From NCBI RefSeq assembly GCF_009914755.1, contig NC_060925.1: 64,000 nt of DNA, one strand, 5' to 3'. The position numbers and the translations under genes are program-made. The notes under the pieces were generated by a model that had not been told where the DNA came from, searched no databases, and worked only from the letters and a program-made list of their open reading frames with translations. Source of the DNA: the human T2T-CHM13v2.0 reference genome, Homo sapiens. The stretch's first letter is position 1. Every line of letters starts with the position of its first letter. Positions 44,230-59,910 of the stretch are shown here, piece by piece.

Positions 44230-45303
44230 CTCTTCTTTCCCAATACAGATATTTAAAGCTATGAATTTTCCTCTAACCACTGTTTTTGCCTCATTCTACA
44301 AATTTTGATAAGTTGTGTATTTATTTTAATTTCATTCAAAATGTTTTAACTTTCTCTTGAGACTTCTTTGACATATGGGTTATTTATAATTGTGTCATTT
44401 TATTTCCAAATACTTTCCAGTTAACTTTTTGTTACTGATTTCTGATTTAATTCCTGTTCTAGGAACATGTTTCATGTAAGTTCTATTCTTTAAAAGTTGT
44501 TAAAGTTTGTTTTATGATCCAAAATGAGGTATATCTTACTAAATACTCCATGTGAGCTTGAGAATATGTATTCTGCTGTTGTTGAAAAAAAATTCTATAA
44601 ATGTCAATTAAATCAAATTAATTGACAGTAATTCAGGTCATCTATATCCTTACTGCTTTTCTGCTTTCTTGATTTATTAACAAAAGTGTTGAAATCTCAA
44701 ACTATTATGGTGGATTTTTCTATTTTTCCTTTCAGTTCTGTCAAATTTTGCCTCATGTATTTTGACACTTTGTAGTAAGTACATGTTTAGAATTATATGT
44801 TTTCTTGGATAATCAGCCTCTTTATCATTATGTAATGCACCTCTCGATTGCTGATAATCTTCCTTGTCTGAAGTCAGCTTTGTCTGAAATTAATATAGCT
44901 ACTTCAGCTTTTTACTTTTTATGTGGATGAATATATATATATATATATTACTAATTTAAGTGTACAGTTCTGTGGCAGTAAGTACATTTACATTGTTGTG
45001 CAACCATCACTACCATCTGTTTCCGAAACTTTTTATTATTTCCCAACTGAAACCTTGTAGCCATTAAATATAAACTTTTCATTCTTCACTTTCCCACGCC
45101 TGGTATACCACTATTCTACTTTCTGTCTATGAATTAGACTATTCTAGGTACTTTGTGTAAATAAGTTTGTACAATATTTATCCTTTTGTGACTGAATTGT
45201 TTTACTTGGCATAATGTCAAGGTTAATCCATGTTGTAGCATGTGTCTAAATTTTCTTCTTCCTTAAGGCTTAATGATATTCCACAGTATGTGTGTGTGTG
45301 TGC

Positions 45304-45339
<36 letters not shown>

Positions 45340-45860
45340 TTTGTTTATCCATCCATTCATCAATTGATGGGCACTTGGGTTGCTCCATCTCATTTTTAAC
45401 CTACCTGAATCTTTATATTTAAAGTCAGTTTCTTACTAACAGCATATAGCAGGTCTTCTTTTTAAATCCACTTTGGCAATCTCTGTCTTCTTATTGGTGT
45501 TTTTAAACCATTAACATTTAAAATGATTATTAATATACTTGGATTAATACATATCATGTTTGTAACTGTTTCCTATGCATTGCATTTGTTGTTTCTTTTT
45601 TTCTGCCTATTGTGGTTTTAACTGAATATTTGATATAATTCTATTTTATCTCCTCTCTAGCATACAAATTATACATCTTTAAAACATTTGTGGTTGCCCT
45701 AGAGTTTATAAAATGTATTTGTGATAATCTAAGTTCACCTTAAAATAACATTAAGCTACTGTATATGTTGTGTGATACCTTGTAACACAGTATTTCCAAT
45801 TCTGCCTCCCATTCCTTGTGACATTGCTATAATCACCCAGTACGTCACTACTATCATTGT
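44230..45860 (-). mobile_element. Old L1M ORF2 5' region containing a nested L1MB 3' end (~44930-45390) and (TG)n(TA)n at ~45288-45336
   Basis: aaagctatgaattttcctctaaccactg...gttgaaatctcaaactattatggtggattt; acattgttgtgcaaccatcactaccatc. Confidence 0.7.
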
Positions 45861-46723
45861 TTCAAATACATAGTACTTGATATAAATTTTATTTCAGTTT
45901 TAAAAAGTGCCTTTACTTCAACTCCTATATCCTATCAGCTTTGTGATATAACACCTCACAAATTTTACATCTTGGTCACCATAGGTTAGTGGACCATATC
46001 CCATTCTAAACTGAAACCATGCAATTCTCCACTAAAAACAAAAATGACTGATAAAATAATTTGTTTGCCAATATTATTTTTTGAGGCAACTGAATTGGTT
46101 GAGTTTCCACAACTGTCCAGAGTGACCATTTGGAGGTCAATGTGTAAGATCTATTGATTCAATTTCTTCAATACTAATCAGACATTACGTTGACTGAAAT
46201 AAATTGACCATGTCTGGATAGTTTAGTAGTTATGACAAGCATTTCAAATTGACCATTCAGCAACAAATCCTTTGCCATGTAGGCAGCTCTCCACTTAGAA
46301 ATGGGTATGGTTCTGAAAGTTCATTCTAAATTAGTTGTTTAAAACTCAGAATATATAACTTCTAAGCTAATACTTTACTGAGGACTCAAAAACATAAACC
46401 AAGTTCCCAATCAGGCTGTCACACACACATAAACTTGACAATGTTTTGTGCCTCTAGTATTGGAAAAAAAATACATTTTGAGTTATAAACTGATAATTGA
46501 GAATACATACATTCTTCCATTGATTAAAGTATTGCTAGCTGCCATAAAAGACAAACACTAAAATATATAATTACTCATATATGTTACAAATTTATTAATT
46601 CTTGACAAAGTCTAAAACAGATATTTCTGACTGGCCTTAATCTAAGCAGTAATAGAATCCCAGGTTCCTTCCTTTATGTAATTCTTTAATTTTAACAGTT
46701 GAATTTCAAGATCACTAAGTTAG

Positions 46724-47105
46724 TGATATGGTTTGGCTCTGTGTCCCCACCCAAATCGCATCTCGAATTGTAATCCCCATAATCCCTACATGTCGAGGGA
46801 GGGACCTGGTGAAAGGTGATTGGATCATGGAGGCGTTTCCCCCGTGCTGTTTTCATGATGGTGAGTGAGTTCTCACAAGATCTGATGGTTTTATGAGTGT
46901 TTGACAGTTCCTTCTTCGAGTACCCTCTCTTGCCATCTCTTTCTGCTGCCGCCTCGTGGAGAAAGTGCCTGCTTTCCCTTCTGCCTTGATTGTAAGTTTT
47001 CTGAAGCCCCCCAAGCCATGCAGAACTGTGAGTCAATTAAACTCTTTCCTTTACAAATTACCCAGTCTAGGGGAAGTTATAGCAGTGTGAAAATGGACTA
47101 ACACA
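46724..47105 (+). mobile_element. THE1 (C/D-like) MaLR solo LTR
   Basis: TGATATGGTTTGGCTCTGTGTCCCCACCCAAATC...GTGAAAATGGACTAACACA. Confidence 0.92.
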
Positions 47106-47608
47106 ATTAATCCATCTGAGGCTGTGGGAGTGGGGGAAGTACATGCTAATGGGGTCCAGTCTTGGGAAAGAGGACAAAGGGATGCTGAGTGAAAAGGGTG
47201 GCACTTAACTCTAGTCCCAGTAAGCAGCTGAGATGAAAGCAAATAATCAAAATAACTTGATTTTAATCCTATTTAATCTGCCAGCAACATTCAATTCTTG
47301 ATCTCTCTGTCATTATTGAAATATCTTCTTGGTGTCCACAACACAAGGCTTCTAGTTTTCTTTTGCTTTCCCACCCCTTTTTTTTTTTCTTCATGTGTAG
47401 TTTCTCCTTATGGCTGGCTTAGGCTCTCTTCACTGCCTACTCTGTATTTTTCATTTGTTATTGCATACACATCTAAATCTTTAGTTTCACCTGTATGCAG
47501 TTGATTCACAAGTTTGTATCTCCAGCCCAGAACTTTTTCTGTATAAACTCTGTTTATCCAGCTCTATATCCCCTAGTTGGCATCTCCTATTAGAAATATC
47601 GGAGACCC

Positions 47609-47951
<343 letters not shown>

Positions 47952-48142
47952 TTACTGTTCCCCACTTATGCTGTATCACCAAGATTCCACTAAAAATTTT
48001 AAATTTTAATTAAGTGTAGCTTCTCAATTCTTTCTTTCATGGACCGTGAATCTGGTGTTGTATCTCAAATGTTATTGCCAAACCCTAGATCATCTAGATT
48101 TTATCCAATGTTATCTTCTTGCAGTTTTATAGTTTTGAAAAC

Positions 48143-48310
48143 CTTGCTATCTGAAGTGTGGTTTGAGGAACAGTAGTTGCCCTTGCTCATTAGAGGCTCA
48201 TTAGAATAATAGGGTCTGAGAGCCCACTGCAGACTTAGTAAATCAGAATCTACATTTTGACAAAATTTTTAGGTCACTCATTTGCACATTAAAGTATGAG
48301 AAGCACTGCA
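48143..48310. mobile_element. MER5-type hAT MITE
   Basis: aatcagaatctacattttgacaa...tgcacattaaagtatgagaagcactg. Confidence 0.75.
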
Positions 48311-49670
48311 CTAAAAGGCCAAGTTATCCATTTGTCTTCTTTCTTACTTCCAGCCCCTTAGTTACCACTGCCTCTCACATGAACTACTGCAAACTTCCTA
48401 CGTTGATCACTTTCATATTTTTTAAATAGAGTTTATTTTTCAGAGCAATTTTACGTTGATAGCAAAATTGAATAAGAAGTACAAAGATTCCCTTATACCT
48501 TCATCTCCACACATCCATAGCTTGCCTTATTATCAACATCCCCCACCAGAGTGGTGCATTTGTTACAAATGATGAACTGACACTGACACATTATTATCAC
48601 CTGGAGTCCATAGTTTGCATTAGGGTTGACTCTTGGTATTGTATATTTTATGTGTTTAGACAAACTAATAATGAAATGTATCCATCATTATAGTATCATA
48701 CAGAGTAGTTTCACTGCCCTACAAATCCTCCATGGTCTGGCTACTCATCTCTCCCTCACTTCCTGCTAATCCCGGGCAACCACTGACACTTTTACTCATT
48801 CTGTGGTTTTACCTTTTCCAGAATGTCACATAGTTGAAGTCATACAGAAGTAGTCTTTACAGATTGGCTTCTTTCACTTAATAATATGTATTTAAGTTTC
48901 CTCTATACCTCTTCATGGCTTCATAGCGCATTTCTTTTTATGACTGAATAATATTCCATTGTCTGGATATGTGCAGTTTATTAATCCATTCACTTACTGA
49001 AGCTTGCCTTAGTTGCTTTAAAGTTTTGGCAATTATGAATAAAGCTGATAAAAACATCCATGTGCAGGTTTTTGTGTGGACATAAGTTCTCAACTCCTTT
49101 GGGTAAATACCAAGAAATGTGATTGCTGGATTGTAGGTAAGAGTATATTTAGTTTTGTAAGGAGCTGCCAAACTTTTCCAAATTGATTGTACCATTTTGC
49201 CTTCCAGCCAGCAATACACAAGAGTTCCTGGTGCTCCACATCTTTGTTAGCATTTGATGTTGTGAGTGTTTTGGATTTTGACAACTCCAATAGGTATAGA
49301 GTAGTACCCCATGGTTGTTTTAATTTGCATTTTTATGATGACATATGCTGTGGAATATCTTTTTATATGCTTATTTACCATTCAAATATCTTCTCTGGTG
49401 AGGTGTCTATTAAGATATTTGGCCGATTTTTATTTTATTTATTTATTTATTTATTTATTTATTTTATTATACTTTAAGTTTTAGGGTACATGTGCACATT
49501 GTGCAGGTTAGTTACATATGTATACATGTGCCGTGCTGGTGCGCTGCACCCACTAACTCGTCATCTAGCATTAGGTATATCTCCCAATGCTATCCCTCCC
49601 CCCTCCCCCCACCCCACCACAGTCCCCAGAGTGTGATATTCCCCTTCCTGTGTCCATGTGATCTCATTGT

Positions 49671-53518
<3,848 letters not shown>

Positions 53519-53554
53519 TTAGTTGATGCAGTTTCTTCCTAGTCTCGATGGTCT

Positions 53555-54571
53555 TTACATTTTGGCATGATTTTGCAGCGGCTGGTACTGGTTGTTCCTT
53601 TCCATGTTTAGCGCTTCCTTCAGGAGCTCTTTTAGGGCAGGCCTGGTGGTGACAAAATCTCTCAGCATTTGCTTGTCTATAAAGTATTTTATTTCTCCTT
53701 CACTTATGAAGCTTAGTTTGGCTGGATATGAAATTCTGGGTTGAAAATTCGTTTCTTTAAGAATGTTGAATATTGGCCCCCACTCTCTTCTGGCTTGTAG
53801 GGTTTCTGCCGAGAGATCAGCTGTTAGTCTGATGGGCTTCCCTTTGTGGGTAACCCGACCTTTCTCTCTGGCTGCCCTTAACATTTTTTCCTTCATTTCA
53901 ACTTTGGTGAATCCGACAATTATGTGTCTTGGAGTTGCTCTTCTTGAGGAGTATCTTTGTGGCGTTCTCTGTATTTCCTGAATCTGAACGTTGGCCTGCC
54001 TTGCTAGATTGGGGAAGTTCTCCTGGATAATATCCTGCAGAGTGTTTTCCAACTTGGTTCCATTCTCCACATCACTTTCAGGTACACCAGTCAGACGTAG
54101 ATTTGGTCTTTTCACGTAGTCCCATATTTCTTGGAGGCTTTGCTCATTTCTTTTTTTTCTTTTTTCTCTAAACTTCCCTTCTAGCTTCATTTCATTCATT
54201 TCATCTTCCATTGCTGATACCCTTTCTTCCAGTTGATCGCATCGGCTCCTGAGGCTTCTGCATTCTTCACGTAGTTCTCGAGCATTGGTTTTCAGCTCCA
54301 TCAGCTCCTTTAAGCACTTCTCTGTATTGGTTATTCTAGTTATACATTCTTCTAAAATTTTTTCAAAGTTTTCAACTTCTTTGCCTTTGGTTTGAATGTC
54401 CTCCCATAGCTCAGAGTAATTTGATCGTCTGAAGCCTTCTTCTCTCAGCTCGTCGAAATCATTCTCCATCCAGCTTTGTTCCGTTGCTGGTGAGGAACTG
54501 CGTTCCTTTGGAGGAGGAGAGGCGCTCTGCGTTTTAGAGTTTCCAGTTTTTCTGTTCTGTTTTTTCCCCAT
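53555..54571 (-). CDS. ORF1: L1 ORF1p RNA-binding protein, full-length 338 aa
   Basis: MGKKQNRK...LQNHAKM uninterrupted; REKG, ARR and YPAKLS motifs present. Confidence 0.93.
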   Translation of the reverse strand: MGKKQNRKTGNSKTQSASPPPKERSSSPATEQSWMENDFDELREEGFRRSNYSELWEDIQTKGKEVENFEKILEECITRITNTEKCLKELMELKTNARELREECRSLRSRCDQLEERVSAMEDEMNEMKLEGKFREKRKKRNEQSLQEIWDYVKRPNLRLTGVPESDVENGTKLENTLQDIIQENFPNLARQANVQIQEIQRTPQRYSSRRATPRHIIVGFTKVEMKEKMLRAAREKGRVTHKGKPIRLTADLSAETLQARREWGPIFNILKETNFQPRISYPAKLSFISEGEIKYFIDKQMLRDFVTTRPALKELLKEALNMERNNQYQPLQNHAKM

Positions 54572-55473
54572 CTTTGTGGTTTTATCTACTTTTGGTCTTT
54601 GATGATGGTGATGTACAGATGGGTTTTCGGTGTGTATGTCCTTTCTGTTTGTTAGTTTCCCTTCTAACAGACAGGACCCTCAGCTGCAGGTCTGTTGGAA
54701 TACCCTGCCGTGTGAGGTGTCAGTGTGCCCCTGCTGGGGGGTGCCTCCCAGTTAGGCTGCTCGGGGGTCAGGGATCAGGGACCCACTTGAGGAGGCAGTC
54801 TGCCCATTCTCAGATCTCCAGCTGCGTGCTGGGAGAACCACTGCTCTCTTCAAAGCTGTCAGACAGGGACATTTAAGTCTGCAGAGGTTACTGCTGTCTT
54901 TTTGTTTGTCTGTGCCCTGCCCCCAGAGGTGGAGCCTACAGAGGCAGGCAGGCCTCCTTGAGCTGTGGTGGGCTCCACCCAGTTCGAGCTTCCCGGCTGC
55001 TTTGTTTACCTAAGCAAGCCTGGGCAATGGCGGGCGCCCCTCCCCCAGCCTCGCTGCCGCCTTGCTGTTTGATCTCAGACTGCTGTGCTAGCAATCAGCG
55101 AGACTCCGTGGGCGTAGGACCCTCCGAGCCAGGTGTGGGATATAGTCTCGTTGTGCGCCGTTTTTTAAGCCGGTCTGAAAAGCGCAATATTCGGGTGGGA
55201 GTGACCCGATTTTCCAGGTGTGTCCGTCACCCCTTTCTTTGACTGGGAAAGGGAACTCCCTGACCCCTTGCGCTTCCCAGGTGAGGCAATGCCTCGCCCT
55301 GCTTTGGCTCGCGCACAGTGCGCGCACCCACTGGCCTGCGCCCACTGTCTGGCACTCCCTAGTGAGATGATCCCGGTACCTCAGATGGAAATGCAGAAAT
55401 CACCCGTCTTCTGCGTCGCTCACGCTGGGAGCTGTAGACCGGAGCTGTTCCTATTCGGCCATCTTGGCTCCTC
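54572..55473. promoter_or_regulatory. L1 5' UTR: CpG-rich sense promoter (-) and antisense promoter (+)
   Basis: Densest CpG stretch in the window; intact YY1 site GGCCATCTTG at 55457-55466. Confidence 0.85.
55027..55242 (+). CDS. ORF0: L1 antisense ORF0, 71 aa
   Basis: ATG at 55027 (GCAATGG); MAGAPPPASLPPCCLISDCCASNQRDSVGVGPSEPGVGYSLVVRRFLSRSEKRNIRVGVTRFSRCVRHPFL*. Confidence 0.85.
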   Translation: MAGAPPPASLPPCCLISDCCASNQRDSVGVGPSEPGVGYSLVVRRFLSRSEKRNIRVGVTRFSRCVRHPFL

Positions 55474-57235
55474 CCGATTTTTTAAGCAGAATTTTTCTTT
55501 TCTTATTGTTGAGTTTTAAGTATTCTTTGTATATTTTGGAGAACAGTCTTTTAACAGGTTTGTATTTTGAAAATATTCTTTCTCAGTTTGAGGCTTCTCT
55601 TTTTATCTTAAGTTTCACAGAGAAGAAATTCTTAATTTTAATAAAATCCTCCTTCTCAATTTTTTCTTTTATGTATCATGCCTTTGGTGTTGTATCTAAA
55701 ATGTTATTGCCAAACCCTAGATCATCTAGATTTTATCCAATGTTTTCTTCTTGGAGTTTATATGGTTTTTAATTTTACACTTAGGTTTATTTTCCATTTT
55801 GAGTTAATTTATGTAAAGTGTAAGGCCTGTGTCTAGATTTATTGTTTTGCATGTAGATGTTCAATTGTTCCAGAACCATTTGTTGAAAAGACTATCTCTG
55901 TTACATTGCATTGTCTTTAATTCCTTGTCAAAGATCAGTTGATTATCTTTATGTAGGTCCTTCAACTTTGTTCTTCTCCTTCAATATTGTGTTGGCTATT
56001 CTGGGTCTTTTGCCTCTCCATATTAACTTTAGAATAAGTAGGTTTGCTGTTGCCCACAAAATAACTTTCTGGGATTTTGATTGGGGTTGCATTGAATCTA
56101 TAAATCATATTTGGAAGTACTGGCATGATGACAATATTGAATCTTCTTAACCATGAAATAAAATGAAATAAGTGAAATACCTGTTCATTTACTTAGTACT
56201 TCTCTGATTTCTTTCATTAGAGTTTTGTAGCTTTTCTTGTACAGATAATGTGCGTCCTTCATATATTTTTGATCTTTTATATTAGTTTTCTATTCAAAAA
56301 CCAAAATGTTCATTTACAAAACATAAGTATGGTCATATTACACCTTATGTAAAATGTTACATCTTATGATAAAGAGGATAATCCCCAGTTGACTTACCAG
56401 GAACTCCAAAACCTGAACCCTAGCAACTAATCCATCTTCATTTCATAACACTCAGATGCCCCATGTTTCTTTCCTTCATAGGCTATTTACACATGATGCT
56501 ATCTCTAGTTTCCTTCCTCCCTTTCACATAATTAGCTCAAACTTATTCTTCAGGTCTCAGTTTAGCATTCCCTGACAGCCCAGGTTAGGTCAGGTTCCTT
56601 TATTACATGTACTGATATACTTTTTCTTCTTAGTAATTTCTCCTTCAACCATGTTTCTTATTTTACCTTTATATTTTTGCTTGTAATAATTATGCTTATA
56701 TAACATTTTACAGTTTCATATTGTATATTTATTTGTGAATTATTTGGTCCATAAACATCTTACCACATCTTGTCTCCACACCTACTGTTAGCACCCTTCA
56801 ATATAATGTGAACTCTTTGAAAACAGAAAAAATAACTATGTCCAGAGCCAGAAACATTGTTTGTGCTTAATAGCTACTTACTTAAGGAATGAAATAAATA
56901 TGAATATAGTGGGCTTAGATAGAAAGCTTACAGCTCCATGCTGTAACCATAGAGATGCAAATTCTTTGGGTATTTCAGAATCCAAGCTGACTTCTTATTA
57001 CTGCTAAAGCCAGACAAAAATAGATGGCTCTTCAGTGCTTCCACCTGGACAGGTAGGGAGTCTACACTGAGAGAGGGACATAGCTTCTAAAAAGGAGGCG
57101 ATATTGATATAACAATGACGCTGCTGAGGCAAGTGGATTGGAGACAAAGAATTCTAAAGTACAAACATGAGAAAATTGAAGGGGAAAAGTGCCCATCAAA
57201 ACTGAGTGTCCCACTGAGATTTTGAAGTAGATTAT

Positions 57236-57437
57236 TGCTATGATCTGAGTATTCATGTCCCCCTGAAGTTAATATGTTGGAACTTATTCTCCAATCAGAC
57301 AGTATTAAGAGGTAGGGCCATTAAGAGATTACTAAGTCATGAGGGTCTTGGACTTCCCAGCCACCTCTAGAATTGTAAGAAATACATTTTTATCAATCTA
57401 AGGTATTTTGTTATAGCAGCCAGAAAAAATTGCAACA
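57236..57437 (+). mobile_element. MST/MLT1A-type MaLR LTR, internally deleted
   Basis: tgctatgatctga...gtcatgagggt|cttggacttcccagcc...ggtattttgttatagcagc. Confidence 0.7.
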
Positions 57438-58047
57438 GTTACCCTGCGTTGAAGGGACGACTGGACTCTGAATGACCCTTCCAGCTCTAAGACTTTTTTC
57501 TTAATTCAGTTAATCAATACATAATTATGGGTCCTCATGTAATAAATATTAGTGAGAAAATCAAGAATGTGATAGATTGTTTTTATTTTCCCTTAAAAAA
57601 GCCTAGTCTGTTGCCTAATTATGAATATATATACAGGCTCAAAGAGTGTTTTCCCTGGTATAACAGCTGATGATTTAAAAACAATTGACCAATACCAATG
57701 GTTGAAATACAATATTTGGGTTAACACAGATCAAATGCATGACAACAATTTATCTGAAAAAAGTTCAGACTATAAACCCATACTAATGAAAAACAGATGG
57801 TTTTTTTTTTACGCCAGTCAACCAAATTAGCTGTTTACATGGATTAAATGAGTTAACTAATTGCCTTCTCAGTTATCAAATGTTTATTGAACATTTACTA
57901 CAGAACAGGAGCTATGCCAAGTGCTGGGAATACAGAGTGCCTAAGAAAGGTACAATTCCTTCCTTCATAGACCTTATGGTATAATGGGAGAGACAGACAT
58001 TGAACAAGTAACATGAAGTTAGTAGCTATTATTCTGGTACTTGCTTG

Positions 58048-59012
58048 GTGCTAGTTGCTAGGGCTGCCATAACCGTGTATCCCAGATTGGGTGGCTTAAA
58101 TTAGGTATCCCTAAGCCCCAGACCAGGGACTGGTACCGGTCCATGGCCCGTTAGGAACCAGGCCACACAGCAGGAGGTGAGAGGTGGGTAAATAAAGCTT
58201 CATCTATATTTACAGACACTCCCTATTGCTCAAATTACTGCCTGAGTTCCACCTCCTGTCGACTCAGTGGTGGTGTTAGATTCTCACAGGAACGTGATCC
58301 CTCTTGTGAACTGCGCATGTGTGGGATCCAGGTTGTGTGCTCCTTATGAGAGCCTAATGCCTGATGATCTATCACTGTTTTCCTTCACCCCTAGATGGGA
58401 CTGTCCAGTTGCAGGAAAACAAGCTCAGGGCTCCTACTGATTCTACATTATGGTGAGTTGTAAAATTATTTCATTATATATTACTCTGTAATAATAATAG
58501 AAATAAAGTGCACCATAAATGTAATGTGCTTGAATCATCCCCAAATCATCCCCGTCCCCCTTTCTGGTCTGTGGAAAAATTGTCTTCCACAAAACCAGTC
58601 CCTGGTGCTGAAAAGGTTGGGGACCCCTGGCTTAAACATCAGAAATTTATTTTCTTACAGCTCTGAAGGCTAGAGGTCCAAGATCAAGGTGTTGGTAGGG
58701 TTCTTTCTTTTGAGTCTTCTTTCCTTGGATTATACATGGTTGTCTTCCCAATGTGTCTTCATATGGCCTTCCCTCCATGTGTGCCTGTGACCTAATTTCT
58801 TCTTTTTTAAGGAGGGACACCAGTCGTGGTGGATTTGGAGCCCACTTATACAACCTCATTTTAACATAGTTTTTTTAAAGACTCTATATTTAACCTAAAG
58901 AAGTAATTAGGTTACTTCTTTAAGGTCTATCTCCAAATACAGTCACCTTGTGAGGTATTAGTGGGTAGGACTTCAACATATGAATGCAGGGAGCATAAGT
59001 CAGCCCATAATA
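58048..59012 (-). mobile_element. MLT1 (B-like) LTR split by MER1A
   Basis: gctagggctgccataac...gggtggcttaaa|...cagaaatttattttcttacag...ggacttcaacatatgaat. Confidence 0.8.
58102..58629 (+). mobile_element. MER1A (hAT-Charlie)
   Basis: 528 bp; TIRs taggtatccc / ggggacccctg; 8-bp TSD gcttaaat / gcttaaac. Confidence 0.88.
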
Positions 59013-59504
59013 GTACCTCATAGTTATCTAGAAAAAATTATCCTGTGAAAATATGTGAGCCACATTTATAATTTCAAAATTTGCAGAAGCCACATTTAAA
59101 AATACCAGATGAAGTTATTTTGAATAATATATTTTGTTTAACCCAATATATCCAGAATAGTATTTCAATGTTTAATCAATATAGACAATCATTTGTGATA
59201 TGTTTAACTTTTTTTGTACTATCTTTCAAATACTGTGTATATTTTACACTTATAGCACATTTGATCCAGACACTAACTTTTTATCAGAAATACTTGGCTT
59301 ATATTTAGAATTAGTGAAATTTACAGTTGAAAAAATAATTTTCATACCCAGGTTGTTCCAATTATGCTATAAACTTTTCCAACAACTGAATTGAGTATCC
59401 GTTTTAAATATAAATTACTTTTTATTAAATAAGATTAAAAAGTTAGTTCCTCAGTCACATAAGCCACATTTCAAATGCTCAAATAGTCACATGTGATTAG
59501 AAGC

Positions 59505-59910
59505 TGTCTTAGACTGTTCAGGCTGCTATAACAAAATACCTCAGATTAGGTAATTTAATGAACAACATAAATTTATTGCTTATAATTCTAGAGGGTGTGA
59601 AGTCCCAGATCAAGGCACCAGCAGATTTGGTGTCTGGTGAAGTCATCTCTGCTTCATAGATGGCACCTTCTTTCTGCGTTTTTACATGGTGGAGGTACAA
59701 ACAGCCTCCCTCAAGCTTGAGGGCACACTAATCGTCAGCTTCCCTGGTGGTCTAGTGGCTAGGATATAAGAACACTAATCCCATTCATGAGATTGGTGCT
59801 TTCATGACCTAATTACCTCCAAGGGTCCCCAAGTCTTAATACAGGTCCCTTGGGGGGTAGTTTTCCACATATGGATTTGAGGTGGGGACACGATCACTCA
59901 GATCACAGCA
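59505..59910 (-). mobile_element. MLT1A/MST-type MaLR LTR
   Basis: tgtcttagactgttcaggctgctataacaaaatacc...atcaaggcaccagcagatttggtgtctggtga...cagatcacagca. Confidence 0.85.
59741..59765 (+). pseudogene. 5' fragment (nt 1-25) of tRNA-Glu(TTC), tailless retrocopy
   Basis: TCCCTGGTGGTCTAGTGGCTAGGAT equals the recalled human tRNA-Glu-TTC 5' end; flanked by ACACTAATC direct repeats. Confidence 0.8.

Noticed and set aside
59741-59765. Functional tRNA gene
   Set aside because: Only 25 nt; no anticodon arm, B-box or acceptor 3' strand.
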